Below, piece after piece: positions 62,685 through 64,000 of a stretch of 64,000 nucleotides of DNA. A model generated the notes under the pieces. The model saw nothing but the letters and a program-made list of their open reading frames with translations, had not been told where the DNA came from and did no database searches. Both the position numbers and the translations under genes were made by a program. Source of the stretch: Squalus acanthias (Eukaryota); the NCBI GenBank assembly GCA_030390025.1, contig CM059428.1:86242001-86306000 (forward strand), read 5' to 3'. The number at the start of each line of letters is the position of its first letter. The first letter of the stretch is position 1.

Positions 62685-64000
62685 GCCCCTCATGACCTCT
62701 CCACGCTCATCTTGTCCAGGAGACCCACTTCCTGCTCCCTCGACCCTATTCCCACCAAACTGCTGACCACCCAACTTCCTTTTCTGGCTCCCATGTTAGC
62801 TGACATTGTTAATGGTTCTCTCTCCTCAGGTACTGTCCCTCTCTCCCTCAAATCTGCAGTCATCACCCCTCTCCTCAAAAAAACGAACCCTTGACCCCTC
62901 CGTCCTTGCAAACTACCGCCCCATCTCCAACCTCCCTTTCCTCTCCAAAAGTCCTTGAATGTGTTGTCGCCTCCCAAATCCGTGCCCATCTTTCCCGCAA
63001 ATCCATGTTTCAATCCCTCCAATCAGGTTTCCTCCCTTGCCACAGTACCAAAACGGCTCTCATCAAAGTCACAAATGACATCCTTTGTAACTGTGACAAA
63101 GGTAAACTATCACTCCTCGTCCTTCTTGACTTGTCTACAGCCTTTGACACGGTTGACCACTCCAACCTTCAACGCCTCCCCACCATCGTCCAGCTGGGTG
63201 GGATTGCACTCGCCTGGTTCCATTCTTATCTATCGAATCGTAGCCAGAGAATCATCTGCTACGGCTTCTCTTCCCGCTCCCGCATCATTACCTCTGGTGT
63301 CCCCCAAGGATCTATCCTTGGCCCCCTCCTATTTCTCATCTACATGTTGCCCCTTGGCGACATCATCCGAAAACACAGCATCAGTTTCCACATGTACGCT
63401 GACGACACCCAGCTCTACCTCACCACCACTTCTCTCAACCCCTCCATGGGCTCTAAATTGTCAAACTGCTTGTCCGACATCCAGTTCTGTATGAGCAAAA
63501 ATTTTCTCCAATTATATATTGGGAAGACCGAAGCCATTGTTTTCGGTCCCCACCACAAACTCCGTTCCCTAACCACTGACTCCATCCCTCTCCCTAACAT
63601 CTGTCTGAGGCTGAACCACACTGTTCGCAACCTTGGTGTCATATTTGACCCTGGAATGAGCTTCCAACACAAATCCATGGCATAACTAAGACCGCCAAGT
63701 TCCACCTCCATAATATCGCCCGTCTCCGCCCTTGCCTCAGCTCATCCGCTGCTGAAACCTTCATCCAGGCCTTGGTTACCTCTAGACTTGACTATTCCAA
63801 CACACTGCAGGCTGACCTCCCACATTCCACCCTACGTAAACTTGAGGTCATCCAAAACTCTGCTGCCCGTGTCCTAACTCGCACCAAGTCCCATTCACCC
63901 ATCACCCCTGTGCTCACTGACCTACATTGGCTCCCGGTTAAGCAACGCCTCGATTTCAAAATTCTCATCCTTGTTTCTGGAATTCCCTGCCTAAACCTCT
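62685..64000 (+). mobile_element. L2-clade LINE, RT region, decayed; runs off the window
   Basis: CSLDPIPT, LQSGF..HST.TAL, LLDLSTAFDTVDH, GVPQGSILGP, HMYADDTQLY; C-rich sense strand typical of L2. Confidence 0.9.

Noticed and set aside
58400-64000. A further upstream ITGB8 exon
   Set aside because: I found no spliceable segment resembling the expected hybrid-domain exon; it is probably outside the window, though I may have missed it.

Overview
Vertebrate genomic DNA, most likely from a shark or other cartilaginous fish, judged from the SacSINE1/DeuSINE-type SINEs, abundant CR1 LINEs and Harbinger-like elements. The host gene is integrin beta-8 (ITGB8) on the minus strand. Its last five coding exons lie at 57957-58377, 44083-44305, 42569-42666, 24004-24170 and 23753-23869 and have GT-AG junctions with matching phases; upstream exons are probably beyond the window end. 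The main feature is an 8.3-kb endogenous retrovirus-like provirus at 1570-9860. It has ~1.2-kb LTRs (about 96-97% identical by my manual count), a GTAC target-site duplication, a tRNA-Ser-like PBS and a PPT. Gag has a coiled coil, an MHR-like motif and a CCHC knuckle, and is followed by a probable UGA-CUAG read-through junction. Pol is reduced to in-frame remnants with no RT and no integrase core. The decayed env reads as signal peptide, Ig-like domain, linker, then a paramyxovirus/baculovirus F-type fusion protein with a TM segment. The retroviral-type RNase H C-terminus and F-type env suggest a lokiretrovirus-like lineage; the Ig-plus-F envelope is the most novel-looking element. The remainder is nested CR1s, an L2 LINE, a tRNA-headed LINE family with SINE-like deletion derivatives, PIF/Harbinger MITEs with a transposase relic, a Penelope-type hammerhead-like palindrome, and local duplications. 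All family assignments come from motif recognition by eye, not database searches.
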